Shown: positions 39,115-51,899, numbered from the stretch's first letter. The stretch: DNA of 64,000 nt from Mobula hypostoma (GCF_963921235.1 NC_086109.1:18168001-18232000); one strand, 5' to 3'. Numbers and translations are program-made. Notes: generated from the sequence alone by a model not told the origin.

Positions 39115-40430
39115 AGAACATACAACATAGAAGATAGAATAGTACAGCACAGGAACAGTCCATTCAGCCCACAGTGTTATACTGAACCAGTTACAAAGCA
39201 AATCAAAAACACCCAAACACTAATCCCTCCAACCTACACACATCAAAGTTGCTGGTGAAGGCAGCATCTCTAGGAAGAGGTGCGGTCGACGTTTCAGGCC
39301 GAGACCCTTCGTCAGGACTCTCCAACCTACACATGTCCATATCCCTCCATCTTCCTTACAGCCATGTGCCTAACTGAACGTCTCTTAAAAGCCTCTAATG
39401 TATCTGCCTCTACCACCATACCAGGCAGAGCATTCCAGGCATCCGTAACTCTCTGAGTAAAAAACTTACCCCTCACATTCCCCTTGAACCTACCACCCTC
39501 TCACCTTCAATGCATGCCCTCTGGTATTAGATATTTCAACCCTGGGAAATTGATGCTGTCTGTTCACTCTACCTATGCCTCTCATAATCTTGTAAACCTC
39601 TATCTGATCTCCCTTCAGACTCTGGCACTCCAGAGAAAACAACCCAAGTTTATCCAACCTCTCGTGATAGCACATGCCCTCTAAACCAGACAGCATCCTG
39701 ATGAGCTTCTTCTGCACTCTGTCCAAAGCCTCAGCATCCTTCCTATAGTGGGGTGACCAGAACTGTAAGCAGTACTCCAGATGTGGCCTCACTAGAGTTT
39801 TATGAAGTTGCAACATAACTTCCTGACTTCTGAACTCAATGGCTCGACTAATACAAACAAGCATTCCATAAGCCTTCTTGGTCACTTTATCAATCTGTGT
39901 AGCCACTTTCAAGGAGCTATGAACTTGGATTCCAAGATCTCTAGGCTCAGTAATGCTGTTAAGGATCTTGCCCTTAACAGTATACTGTCTCCTTACAATT
40001 GCTCTACTGAGGTGCAAACTCTTATACTTATCTGGGTTAAACTACATCTGTCATCTCTCAGTCCATATCTGCAACTGATCTATATCATGCGGTATTCTTT
40101 GCTGGTCTTTTATACTACCCACAATGCCACCAATCTTGGTATCATCTGCAAATTTACTATCCCACCCATCCACATTTTCATCCAGGTCATTTATATATAC
40201 CACAAACAGAAGAGCAGAGGTCCCAGCACAGACCCCTGCGGATCTCCACTAATTACCGGCCTCCAGCTCGAATAAGTCTCTTCAACCACTGCCTTCTATG
40301 CACCAGCCAGTTCTGAATCCAAATAGACAATTCTCCACAGACCCCAAGCATCTTAATCTTCTGGATTAGCCTCCCATGAGAGACTTTATCAAAAGCCTTA
40401 CTAAAATCCATACATCCACTGCCTTACCCT
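39115..40430 (-). mobile_element. Older CR1 LINE 3' portion
   Basis: ORF 39490-40017 with RDLGIQVH, RPHLEYCLQFWSP; CR1-type 3' UTR. Confidence 0.88.
39284..39319 (-). ncRNA. Minimal type-I hammerhead ribozyme motif
   Basis: Minus strand AGTC-CTGACGA-AGGGTCTCGGCCT-GAAAC-GTC-GACC. Confidence 0.7.
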
Positions 40431-40991
40431 CATGCTGGCTCTCCTTAATTCGGCCAGAACTTTACTCTATGCCCAGTCCAGACATTTCATCATGTGGGTT
40501 AGAAAGCGTGTGTAAGTTATAGCAACAATTTTTCTATCAAAATAAACTTCATTCATAATAAAATATTATTCACAAGAGTAAACTGTGCAATGCCCTTTCA
40601 TTCTTACATTCATAGTCAATACTTTCAGTGCTCCCCTATTCCACTCCTTAACATCAATGGGGCTATTGCAACTTTTGTGGCCCCCTCTACTTTTTAATCG
40701 TACAACTAGTACTATAATTGAGGGGCCTCCTCATCCAACCCGGCCCCTCTCTGTCCAGTAGCAGAGGAACCATACATTGTGGTCCTCCCCCACCCAGCCC
40801 TTGCAGTGGCAGCAAGCGAAGGGTAAAGATAATGTCCAGGAAAGGGCAGTTTACAGATTGTGTGCTGTCAATCCAGGTAAGAAAGCTATTTGAAGAACAT
40901 AGTTTCCCTTTATACAACAGGGGACTGGAGCCATTTGGCATACCTAGACAAGATGGGATGCAAATGAAGCACTCTAGGGTGACACTCTAAG

Positions 40992-43900
40992 GATTCGAAG
41001 AAGGAGTCTGAGAGTCTGAGTGGGAGTGCCGAGAAAGAAATTTTTGAAATTTTCGTTATTTTTTTTCTCCAACGACTTTCTGAGAGGCGGGACTGCGCAG
41101 GCGTGTGACGTCGGGCAGTGCAGCGCGGCAGATTTAAAAGGAACAAAGCCTCATAGAACGGGCAGCGTAGTTTGCGGGTGGCGGAGTGAGCCGGGAGCAG
41201 AGTGAGGACTTAAGGGCTTCGGCTCACCGGGCTTAGGCGGAGGCGGGCGAGGCGAGGAAGGTTTGACATTCATTTTCTGTTGCTATTTGAGGAGAGGGGC
41301 ATTATGACTGTGAGGGCAGTTTGCTGTTCTCGGTGTCGGATGTGGGAGGCCCTGGAGTCTCCAAGCCTCCCGGACGTCTACATCTGCGCCAAGTGCATCG
41401 AGATGCAGCTCCTAAGGGACCGCGTTACGGAACTGGAGCTGCAGCTCGATGACCTTCGTCTGGTCAGGGAGAGTGAGGAGGTGATAGAGAGGAGTGGAAG
41501 GCAAGTGGTCACGCCGGGACCACGGGAGGCAGACAAGTGGGTCACGGTTAGGAGGGGGGAGGGGAAAAGACAGGTGATGGGGAGTACCCCGGTGGCTGTG
41601 CCCCTTAACAACAGGTACTCCTGTTTGAGTACTGTTGGGGGGGACAGCTTACACGGGGGAAGCGACAGTGGCCGTGCCTCCGGCACAGAGTCTGGCCCTG
41701 TAGCTCAGAAGGGTAGGGCAAGGAAGAGGAGGGCAGTTGTGATAGGTGACTCAATAGTAAGGGGGTCAGATAGGCGATTCTGTGGACGCAGTCCAGAGAC
41801 CCGGATGGTAGTTTGCCTCCCTGGTGCCAGGGTCCGGGATATTTCTGATCGTGTCCAAGATATCCTGAAGTGGGAGGGTGAGGAGCCAGAGGTCGTGGTA
41901 CATATAGGTACCAATGACATAGGTAGGAAAAGGGATGAGGTCCTGAAAGGAGAATATAGGGAGCTAGGAAGGGAGTTGAGAAAAAGGACCGCAAAGGTAG
42001 TAATCTCGGGATTACTGCCTGTGCCACGCGACAGTGAGAGTAGGAATGCGATGAGGTGGAGGATAAATGCGTGGCTGAGGGATTGGAGCAGGGGGCAGGG
42101 ATTCAAGTTTTTGGATCATTGGGACCTCTTCTGGGGCAGGCGTGACCTGTACAAAAAGGACAGGTTACACTTGAATCCTAGGGGGACCAATATCCTGGCA
42201 GGGAGACTAGCGGGGGCTACTGAGGTGACTTTAAACTAGAATGATTGGGGGGTGGGAATCAAGTTAAAGAGGCTAGGCGTGTGGAGGTTAGTTCACAACA
42301 GAGGGATGGGAACCAGTGCAGAGAGACAGAGGGGTGTAAAGTGAGGGTAGAAGCAAAAAGTACTAAGGAGAAAGGTAAAAGTGGCAGGCCGACAAATCCA
42401 GGGCAAGCATTAAAAAGGGCCACTTTTCAACATAATTGTATAAGGGCTAAGAGAGTTGTAAAAGAGCGCCTGAAGGCTTTATGTGTCAATGCAAGGAGCA
42501 TTCGTAATAAGGTGGATGAATTGAAAGTGCAGATTGTTATTAATGATTATGATATAGTTGGGATCACAGAGACATGGCTCCAGGGTGACCAGGGATAGGA
42601 GCTCAACGTTCAGGGATATTCAATATTCAGGAGGGATAGACGTGAAGGAAGGGGAGGTGGGGTGGCGTTGCTGGTTAAAGAAGAGATTAACGCAATAGAA
42701 AGGAAGGACATAAGCCGGGAAGATGTGGAATCAATATGGGTAGAGCTGCGTAACACTAAGGGGCAGAAGAAGCTGGTGGGAGTTGTGTACAGGCCACCTA
42801 ACAGTAGTAGTGAGGTCGGAGATGGTATTAAACAGGAAATTAGAAATGTGTGCAATAAAGGAACAGCAGTTATAATGGGTGACTTCAATCTACATGTAGA
42901 CTGGGTGAACCAAATTGGTAAAGGTGCTGAGGAAGAGGATTTCTTGGAATGTATGCGGGATGGTTTTTTGAACCAACATGTCGAGGAACCAACTAGAGAG
43001 CAGGCTATTCTGGACTGGGTTTTGAGCAATGAGGAAGGGTTAATTAGCGATCTTGTCGTGAGAGGCCCCTTGGGTAAGAGTGACCATAATATGGTGGAAT
43101 TCTTCATTAATATGGAGAGTGAGATAGTTAATTCAGAAACAAAGGTTCTGAACTTAAAGAGGGGTAACTTTGAAGGTATGAGACGTGAATTAGCTAAGAT
43201 AGACTGGCAAATGACACTTAAAGGATTGACGGTGGATATGCAATGGCAAGCATTTAAAGGTTGCATGGATGAACTACAACAATTGTTCATCCCAGTTTGG
43301 CAAAAGAATAAATCAAGGAAGGTAGTGCACCCGTGGCTGACAAGAGAAATTAGGGATAGTATCAATTCCAAAGAAGTAGCATACAAATTAGCCAGAGAAA
43401 GTGGCTCACCTGAGGACTGGGAGAAATTCAGAGTTCAGCAGAGGAGGACAAAGGGCTTAATTAGGAAGGGGAAAAAAAGATTATGAGAGAAAACTGGCGG
43501 GGAACATAAAAATGGACTGTAAAAGCTTTTATAGATATGTAAAAAGGAAAAGACTGGTAAAGACAAATGTAGGTCCCCTGCTGACAGAAACAGGTGAATT
43601 GATTATGGGGAGCAAGGACATGGCAGACCAATTGAATAATTACTTTGGTTCTGTCTTCACTAAGGAGGACATAAATAATCTTCCAGAAATAGTAAGGGAC
43701 AGAGGGTCCAGTGAGATGGAGGAACTGAGTGAAATACATGTTAGTAGGGAAGTGGTGTTAGGTAAATTGAAGGGATTGAAGGCAGATAAATCCCCAGGGC
43801 CAGATGGTCTGCATCCCAGAGTGCTTAAGGAAGTAGCCCAAGAAATAGTGGGTGCATTAGTGATAATTTTTCAAAACTCGTTAGATTCTGGACTAGTTCC

Positions 43901-45367
43901 TGACGATTGGAGGGTGGCTAATGTAACCCCACTTTTTAAAAAAGGAGGGAGAGAGAAACCGGGGAATTATAGACCGGTTAGCCTAACGTCGGTGGTGGGG
44001 AAACTGCTGGAGTCAGTTATCAAGGATGTGATAACAGCACATTTGGAAAGCGGTGAAATGATCGGACAAAGTCAGCATGGATTTGTGAAAGGAAAATCAT
44101 GTCTGACGAATCTCATAGAATTTTTTGAGGATGTAACTAGCAGAGTGGATAGGGGAGAACCAGTGGATGTGGTATATTTGGATTTTCAAAAGGCTTTTGA
44201 CAAGGTCCCACACAGGAGATTAGTGTGCAAACTTAAAGCACACGGTATTGGGGGTAAGGTATTGGTGTGGGTGGAGAATTGGTTAGCAGACAGGAAGCAA
44301 AGAGTGGGAATAAACGGGACCTTTTCAGAATGGCAGGCGGTGACTAGTGGGGTACCGCAAGGCTCAGTGCTGGGACCCCAGTTGTTTACAATATATTAAT
44401 GACTTGGATGAGGGAATTAAATGCAGCATCTCCAAGTTTGCGGATGACACGAAGCTGGGTGGCAGTGTTAGCAGTGAGGAGGATGCTAAGAGGATGCAGG
44501 GTGACTTGGATAGGTTGGGTGAGTGAGCAAACTCATGGCAGATGCAATTTAATGTGGATAAGTGTGAAGTTATCCACTTTGGTGGCAAAAATAGGAAAAC
44601 AGATTATTACCTGAATGGTGGCCGATTAGGAAAAGGGGAGGTGCAACGAGACCTGGGTGTCATTATACACCAGTCATTGAAAGTGGGCATGCAGGTACAG
44701 CAGGCGGTGAAAAAGGCGAATGGTATGCTGGCATTTATAGCGAGAGGATTCGAGTACAGGAGCAGGGAGGTACTACTGCAGTTGTACAAGGCCTTGGTGA
44801 GACCACACCTGGAGTATTGTGTGCAGTTTTGGTCCCCTAACCTGAGGAAAGACATCTTTGCCATAGAGGGAGTACAAAGAAGGTTCACCAGATTGATTCC
44901 TGGGATGGCAGGACTTTCATATGAAGAAAGACTGGATGAACTGGGCTTGTACTCGTTGGAATTTAGAAGATTGAGGGGGGATCTGATTGAAACGTATAAG
45001 ATCCTAAAGGGATTGGACAGGCTAGATGCAGGAAGATTGTTCCCGATGTTGGGGAAGTCCAGAACGAGGGGTCACAGTTTGAGAATAGAGGGGAAGCCTT
45101 TTAGGACCGAGATTAGGAAAAACTTCTTCACACAGAGAGTGGTGAATCTGTGGAATTCTCTGCCACAGGAAACTGTTGAGGCCAGTTCATTGGCTATGTT
45201 TAAGAGGGAGTTAGATATGGCCCTTGTGGCTACAGGGGTCAGGGGGTATGGAGGGAAGGCTGGGGCGGGGTTCTGAGTTGGATGATCAGCCATGATCATA
45301 ATAAATGGCGGTGCAGGCTTGAAGGGCCGAATGGCCTACTCCTGCACCTATTTTCTATGTTTCTATG
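40992..45367 (+). mobile_element. Near-full-length young CR1 LINE (copy B): intact ORF1; ORF2 (APE endonuclease + RT) disrupted
   Basis: ORF2 motifs [51 protein letters not shown]; lesions TGA 42242, TAG 42596, +1 A near 43475, -2 near 44391, TGA 44524; 3' ggccgaatggcc hairpin and (TTCTATGT) tail; imperfect TSD tgacac(t)cta. Confidence 0.96.
41304..42239 (+). CDS. CR1 ORF1: CxxC..CxxC zinc finger, leucine-rich coiled coil, SGNH/GDSL esterase domain
   Basis: CSRC/CAKC, VIGDS, HIGTND, DRLHL (DGLHL in copy A); uninterrupted frame from ATG 41304. Confidence 0.9.
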   Translation: MTVRAVCCSRCRMWEALESPSLPDVYICAKCIEMQLLRDRVTELELQLDDLRLVRESEEVIERSGRQVVTPGPREADKWVTVRRGEGKRQVMGSTPVAVPLNNRYSCLSTVGGDSLHGGSDSGRASGTESGPVAQKGRARKRRAVVIGDSIVRGSDRRFCGRSPETRMVVCLPGARVRDISDRVQDILKWEGEEPEVVVHIGTNDIGRKRDEVLKGEYRELGRELRKRTAKVVISGLLPVPRDSESRNAMRWRINAWLRDWSRGQGFKFLDHWDLFWGRRDLYKKDRLHLNPRGTNILAGRLAGATEVTLN

Positions 45368-45771
45368 ACACCTACTATTGGTCAGTTTCCTTACTAATTC
45401 TGAAGTATTATTGGTTTTTAACATGCAGATTCTATAGGCTATTAATACCTGTATTTTCATAGTGTGATTATGCAAATTAGGAATATGAATGTCCTTGTGG
45501 TCACCAATTGGTCAATATCAGTATCCAACTAGTCAATTTCTGTGTAAAAACATCATTTCTTTGTTCAAACTGCAAAACAGTTTGGTGACAGAGCTATGCT
45601 GTTCTCCTTATTTATCTGTCTGTCTATCTATCTATCTATTTGCTTTTTGTTTGTTTATTTATTCATTTATTTATTGACATACAGCAGAGTAGACCCTTCT
45701 GGCACTTCAAGTCCCCGATTTAACCCTACCCTAATCACAGGACAATTTATTAATTAGTTTTAGAAACACAG

Positions 45772-46335
45772 AAACATAGAAAATAGGTGCAGGAGTAGGC
45801 CATTCGGCCCTTCGAGCCTGCACCGCCATTTATTATGATCATGGCTGATCCTCCAACTCAGAACCCCGCCCCAGCCTTCCCTCCATACCCCCTGACCCCC
45901 GTAGCCACAAGGGCCATATCTAACTCCCTCTTAAATATAGCCAATGAACTGGCCTCAACTGTTTCCTGTGGCAGAGAATTCCACAGATTCACCACTCTCT
46001 GTGTGAAGAAGTTTTTCCTAATCTCGGTCCTAAAAGGCTTCCCCTCTATCCTCAAACTGTGGCCCCTCGTTCTGGACTTCCCCAACATCGGGAACAATCT
46101 TCCTGCATCTAGCATGTCCAATCCCTTTAGGATCTTATACGTTTCAATCAGATTCCCCCTCAATCTTCTAAATTCCAACGAGTACAAGCCCAGTTCATCC
46201 AGTCTTTCTTCATATGAAAGTCCTGCCATCCCAGGAATCAATCTGGTGAACCTTCTTTGTACTCCCTCTATGGCAAGGATGTCTTCCCTCAGATTAGCGG
46301 ACCAAAACTGCACACAATACTCCAGGTGTGGTCTC
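45772..46335 (-). mobile_element. 5'-truncated young CR1 3' end (same family as copies A and B)
   Basis: Reverse complement of 33169-33735; RPHLEYCVQFWS...GYGGKAGAGF. Confidence 0.95.
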
Positions 46336-48254
46336 TGGAAAAAACCAGAGGATGGGCAAGGGGTATAGTCAGAGGGACAGAGGGAGAAAAAGGAGAGAGA
46401 GAGAAAGAATGTGTGTATATAAATAAATAACGGATGGGGTACGAGGGGAAGGTGGGGCATTAGCAGAAGTTAGAGAAGTCAATGTTCATGCCATCAGGTT
46501 GGAGGCACAATGAGCTGTGCTGCCCAGAAACTCACTGATTCACACTAGCCTAATCACAGGACAATTTATAATGACCAATTAACCTACCAACTGGTATGTC
46601 TTTGGGCTGTGCGAGGAAACCAGAGAAAACCCACATGGTTATGGGAAGGATGTACGAACTCCTTACAGGTAGTGTCGGGAATTGAACTCTGAACTCTTGA
46701 CTTCCCAAGCAATAATAACATTGTGCTAACTGTGGTCCCCTCTGGTGGTCTTTGGAGCAATAAACACTGCAGATCAGGGACCATCTATGGAGGGGAATGG
46801 ACAGTTTACATTTCGGGTTGAGACCCTTCATCGGGACTGGTTTTGGAAGGTAGAGACGGATAATGAGGATTGGGAAACAATGAGGTTGGAGGGGAGATCT
46901 CCGGACGTGATGAGGTCGGTGATGGTGTGGAGACCTTGGGCCGATGATTCTCAGTGGGGTCCTGATTGAGGGGAGAGTAAGAGGAGGTGTTCGAGAATTG
47001 CCATCTGGACTCAGCGTGGCAGTGGCTAGTCTGCTAGACTACAACAGCAACGCCCTTGCCCGAGGGCTTGACGATGAGGTTGGAATTGGTGCGGAGAGAG
47101 TGTAGAGCATTCCATCTAGTTTGCCTTTGGGTGTTCTGGCTCCAAAGACGTATGGATGAATTGGTTATGTAGCATGAATACTAATGCCCAGTGGAAGCCG
47201 CCTGAGATTACATTATGAATTCTTCTCTGAGCGACCTGTCACCTTATCATAGTGGAGAGGCTTGTGAGTTCCTGACATCCTGAGAGTGATGCTGCCTGGA
47301 GTTTAGCCATCTGGTGCTTAGGGTCACCCATGGTAGTAAAGTCAAAGAGGACGTGATTGACAGTGGAGCTGGCGGAAGATGATGACGCATCTCAACGGCA
47401 GTGATGGTGGAGGAAGGCTGCAGGAGTGGCGTGTGCCCAGTCTCCTTGCATCCCGTGCCACTGGGCTCTGTCAAACACTGTGTGGTGGCTGCCCGTGCAT
47501 CAGCCTGCCCACGTTAAATAAAGTCACACACAGGAGTTCTCAGCTGCACACCAGAGGCAACTTATTGTGATGACACAAGCTACTCAGCCACACATCCTTG
47601 GAACTCCAACAGCCAAAGACAAACCGTAGGGAACACGCAAGCTCCACAAAAAGAATGAGGATAAGATCGAACCCAGATTGTTGGAGCTGTAAGGCAGCTG
47701 CTCCACCCGCGAGGCCACTCTCAGATTTAGCTTTCACAATATTTGGCCAGTGCACTGTGGCAGCCCATGGTTCCTTGTCGGACACAAGTTGGCTGTCAAG
47801 ACCTCAACGGGGGAGATGCTGGAAGATACTGACACATCACCGCAGCAGTGCAGGTGGAGGAAGGCTGCAGCAGAGAAGGGTCACCAGTTGTCTTGCATTC
47901 CATGCTACTGGACCCTTATCCTGACCTGTCAAAGACCATCTGGTGCCTGCTCATGCATCAGATTCCCTGCATTATACAAAGTCATGCTCAAGCGTTCACC
48001 AGTCAGGGAATCCACCCTAATATTTCAGAAACTCATTAGGATAACATCATACTCGAGTGATCATGAGAATACTACATTATGAATTTGAGAGCCCGAGACA
48101 GACTGTGCAACATTACATATCCCGGGCTCACACAGTGAAGGCAGCCCAGTGTGGAGCACATTCAAGTAGAGCCTTTGGCAACCCAGAGCTGACTTGCTTT
48201 GAAACGTGTGGATTGCTATTGACATGGCAACGACATGAGAGAATGTTTCAATAG

Positions 48255-48962
48255 GTTTCAAAAGGTACATTTAATGTCAGAGAAATGTACACAATATACA
48301 TCCTGAAATTCTTTTTCTTTGCAAACAACCACGAAAACAGAAGAGTCCCCCAAAGACTGAATGAGAGTTAAATGTTAGAACCCCAAAGCCCCCCCAGCTC
48401 CCCCCTCCCACGCACAAGCAGCAGTAAGGCAATAACCCCCCCCCCTCCACCAGCAAAAATGCATCAGCGCACCTCACCCAGCACTCGAGCGTGCAGCAAA
48501 GCATCGATAAGACAGACTTGCAGTACCCCAAAAACAACTCGTTCACCCAGTAATTCAACATACCACAGGCTCTCTTTCTCTCTCTCTGTCTAAAAAGGGG
48601 AGAAGAGGTGTCCCCGTTTCACAGTGAGAGGGGAGACATAACAAACAACTTGCTGATTTACCATGTTAAAAGTCTACTGCTTCGCTTTTTCCAAGCTCTG
48701 TGCCCAGAAAGGCACAGCTCACTGGACACACAACCCCCAACAGCCAACCCGCTGTTCCCAATGTTCCGTGTTCTTCCGCGATGCCTCAGCCAGGAATCAG
48801 CCCATCTCCAGAGCCACAAAAATCCAGGACCATGAAGGCACGCTCACCTTCCAGGACGTGTCCTTGGGCTATCAAAAAGCAGCTGGTCGTGAGGCTCTGA
48901 GAGTGGGTCCCATTCCCACAAAGAACTGAAGTCAGAGTGTAACTCCATGTCAGGGTCTTCAA
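48255..48962 (-). mobile_element. Non-autonomous LINE-tail element; related copies at ~2370-2740(+) and ~38310-38630(-)
   Basis: Shared aatttcagg.tgtata...tctgatattaaatg tail and G-rich body across three copies. Confidence 0.65.
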
Positions 48963-49560
48963 TCTGAATGTGAGGGGATCTCAGTCAGTACAGGCCTTCA
49001 GATCACAAAGGCTACAAACATAGTACTGGCAATACTTTATTGGACCTGCTTTTGTCTGCAGAGGGAGGTTTTAGAGGGAAAACCTGCCATCGTTAAAGGA
49101 GAAAGCAGTCATGGAGTGAGGCATCAACCTCTATAATGATGTACGTAGATCAAGGGCGCACATGATAACTGCCCAACACCTGGCAGCCAGATGAGAGATC
49201 ACAATGATTTTAAAGCCATTGCCACTGTTGATGATCTGAAGCTAACTGAAACATGGAAAATCATCCAGTTACGTGTGCAGAATAGCCCACATCACTGGAT
49301 GTTCAGCAAGATACCCCGTCTCATGACGGGGTATCCTGTCTCACGGGGTATGTTGTTAGAGTGGACTGGAAGCATAGTGGCTAGCACAATGCTTCACAGT
49401 GCAGACAACCTGGGTTCAATTCCCATCGTTGTCTGTAAGGAGTTTGTGCGTTCTCCCCATGATCGCGTCAGTTTCCTCCAGGTGTTTCAGTTTTCTCCCA
49501 CTGTCCAAAGCCGTACCATTTGGGAGGTTAATAGGTCATTGTAAGTTGTCTTGTGATTAG

Positions 49561-49741
49561 AAACAAGAGAAAATCTGCAGATGCTGGAAATCCAAGCAAC
49601 ACACACAAAATGCTGGAGGAACTCAGCAGGCCAGGCAGCATCTGTCCTGCCGAAGGGTCTGGGCCCGAAACGTCGACTGTACTTTTTTCTATGGATGCTG
49701 CCTGGCCTGCCAAGCTCCTCCAGCATTTTGTGTGTGTTGCT
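49561..49741. mobile_element. Palindromic mini-element of two inverted Penelope termini, inserted in a V-SINE
   Basis: Arms aagcaacacacacaaaatgctggagg...gcagcatc and gatgctgcc...ctccagcattttgtgtgtgttgctt; imperfect TSD tcttgtg(a/c)ttag. Confidence 0.82.
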
Positions 49742-51899
49742 TATCTTGTGCTTAGGCTAGGGTTAAATCAGGGGAATGTTGGGCAGCGTGGCTCGAAGGG
49801 TTGAAAGGGTCTGCTCTGCGCTTTTGCAATAGATAAATAAACAGACAGATAAACAAATAGATAAATAAATATCAGGGCAGGTATCAAGGTCCTTGGGGAA
49901 GTCACGTATACTGTGGAAAACAGACAAAGTCGCTGATGATTGCTACAAATTATACACAAAGTCCTCAAATACTAGATGAAGATTGACTAAGTGTTCTCTG
50001 ACTCGTCGAGGCACGAGGGGCTATTTAGCTGCTGTGTGGTGAGAAATTTGATCTGACAATGGACCATATATTGCAGGATGATCCCTCCTGGCTGTGTCAT
50101 ATTTTAGTTGGAACGAGGTCCACTCAGAAGCACCTGCAAGTGTTGTGAGAGGTGCAGAACAGATGCACTGCATAATATTCATTTGAAGAGGAGAGAAACC
50201 ACTTCCATGCTGTGCGTGGCTTTGTATTATGACCTCAGGTTGATCAGAGTGGGCTGCGGCCAGTGCAGCATAGGGTGGCCACCTCATTGTGAGAGAACTG
50301 ACGAATTTTGAAGAGCGTTCAGCTCTTGTTAGGATGCTCCAACACTATTCTTGATTTGCAGTGGACTTCTCCACTGTTTAACAAGGGTTGCTGGGATTGG
50401 AGAGGATCCAGAAGAGTTTCACCAGAACGATCCCAGGAATGAAAGGGTTAACATGTGAGGCGCGTTTGTGGCTCTGGGCTTGTACTTGCTGGAGTTCTGA
50501 TGAATGGGGGTGGGGGGGGGATCTCACTGAAACCTATTGAATATTCAAAGGCCTCAATAGAGTGGATGTTGAGAAGATGTGTCCAATAGTGGGAGAGGCT
50601 AGGACGAGAGGACAAAGCGTCTGAATACAAGGAAGTCCCTTTAGATCAGAGATGAGAAGGAATTTCTTTAGCCAGATTGTGATGAATCTGTAGAATTCAT
50701 TGCTGCAAATAGCTGTGGAGGCCCAGTCATTGGATATATTTAGAGCTGAGCCTAAATTGGTTCTTGATTAGCATGAATGCCAAAGGTTATGAGGAGAAGG
50801 GGAGAATGGGATTGAGAGGGAGATTAAATCAGTCGTGATGGAATGGCAAAGAAGATTCAATGGACTGAATGACATAATTCTGCTCCTACGTCTTATGGTT
50901 TTATGGTTTTGGCCTGAAATGTCAACTTTTTATTTCCCTCCATAGATGCTGCCTAACCTGCTGGGTTCCTCCAGCGTTTTGTATGTGTGTTGCTCCAGAT
51001 TTCCAGCATCTTTAGGGTCCTCTCCCTTTTGCACCAGCTAGCCTTGGAACTGGGACGAGGAACAGCTGGTAGCAGACACAAGATGCAAGGTCTGCCTTAT
51101 CTGTTTCTCTGTCCTTGCTCATTATAATCCTCAACATGCACTGAGGCTCTTGTGCAATGCACCTAGATAAAGGGTTGGTACAGACATCGCAGGTGGGATA
51201 GAGTGCAGTCATATGTCTCAAACATGTTCACTTGACTGAACAAAGACAAACATGGATTGAAAAGGAGCTGCTGCTAATTTTTGGAGTCACTCAGTTTTAT
51301 ATATTTTGGGGGGGGGGGTGACTTTTCACCTTAGTCACTGACTAATTCATCTGCAGCTGGAACAGAAATGGACTAAATCTACCATTGGTGTCAAACCCTG
51401 CAAAATAGATCCTTCTTTCTTTCTCCTGCAGAGGCAATGATTACTGTGGAGGAATTTTAAAAAAGCTTGAATTTAAATAGAGACTTTCTTGCCATCAGGA
51501 TGCCTTGAAAAGCTTTAATTCAAAGATTCAAAGGCCATTTATTATCAAAGAATGTATAAATTCTACAATCTTGAGATTTGTTTGCTTACAGGTAGCCACA
51601 AAGCAAGAACCTGATTAAAAAAAATAAAAAACTAACACCCAATGCTCAAGAGAAAGAAAAAAAATCCACAAATCATGCAATTAATGGAAGTGAACAACAA
51701 CATTGTGAACCAAATTGAGTCCTCAGATCCAAATCCTGGAGCAGTAGGCCCAAAGCCTCGAATTCAAAGTCCATCATATTAGCAGGCACAGAGCACAGCG
51801 ACCGGGGCAGTCTTCCATTCAAAAGAATAATTTTGTCATCATCGCTGTATTGCAGGGAATACAACAGCAAGGTCTCACAAATGCCCGTATAAGGATGAC

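Noticed and set aside
42242..44526. All three nonsense changes in CR1 copy B are TGG to TGA/TAG, resembling APOBEC hypermutation
   Set aside because: Stop gains are biased toward TGG by ascertainment, and other A-versus-B differences show no one-directional G-to-A excess by eye.
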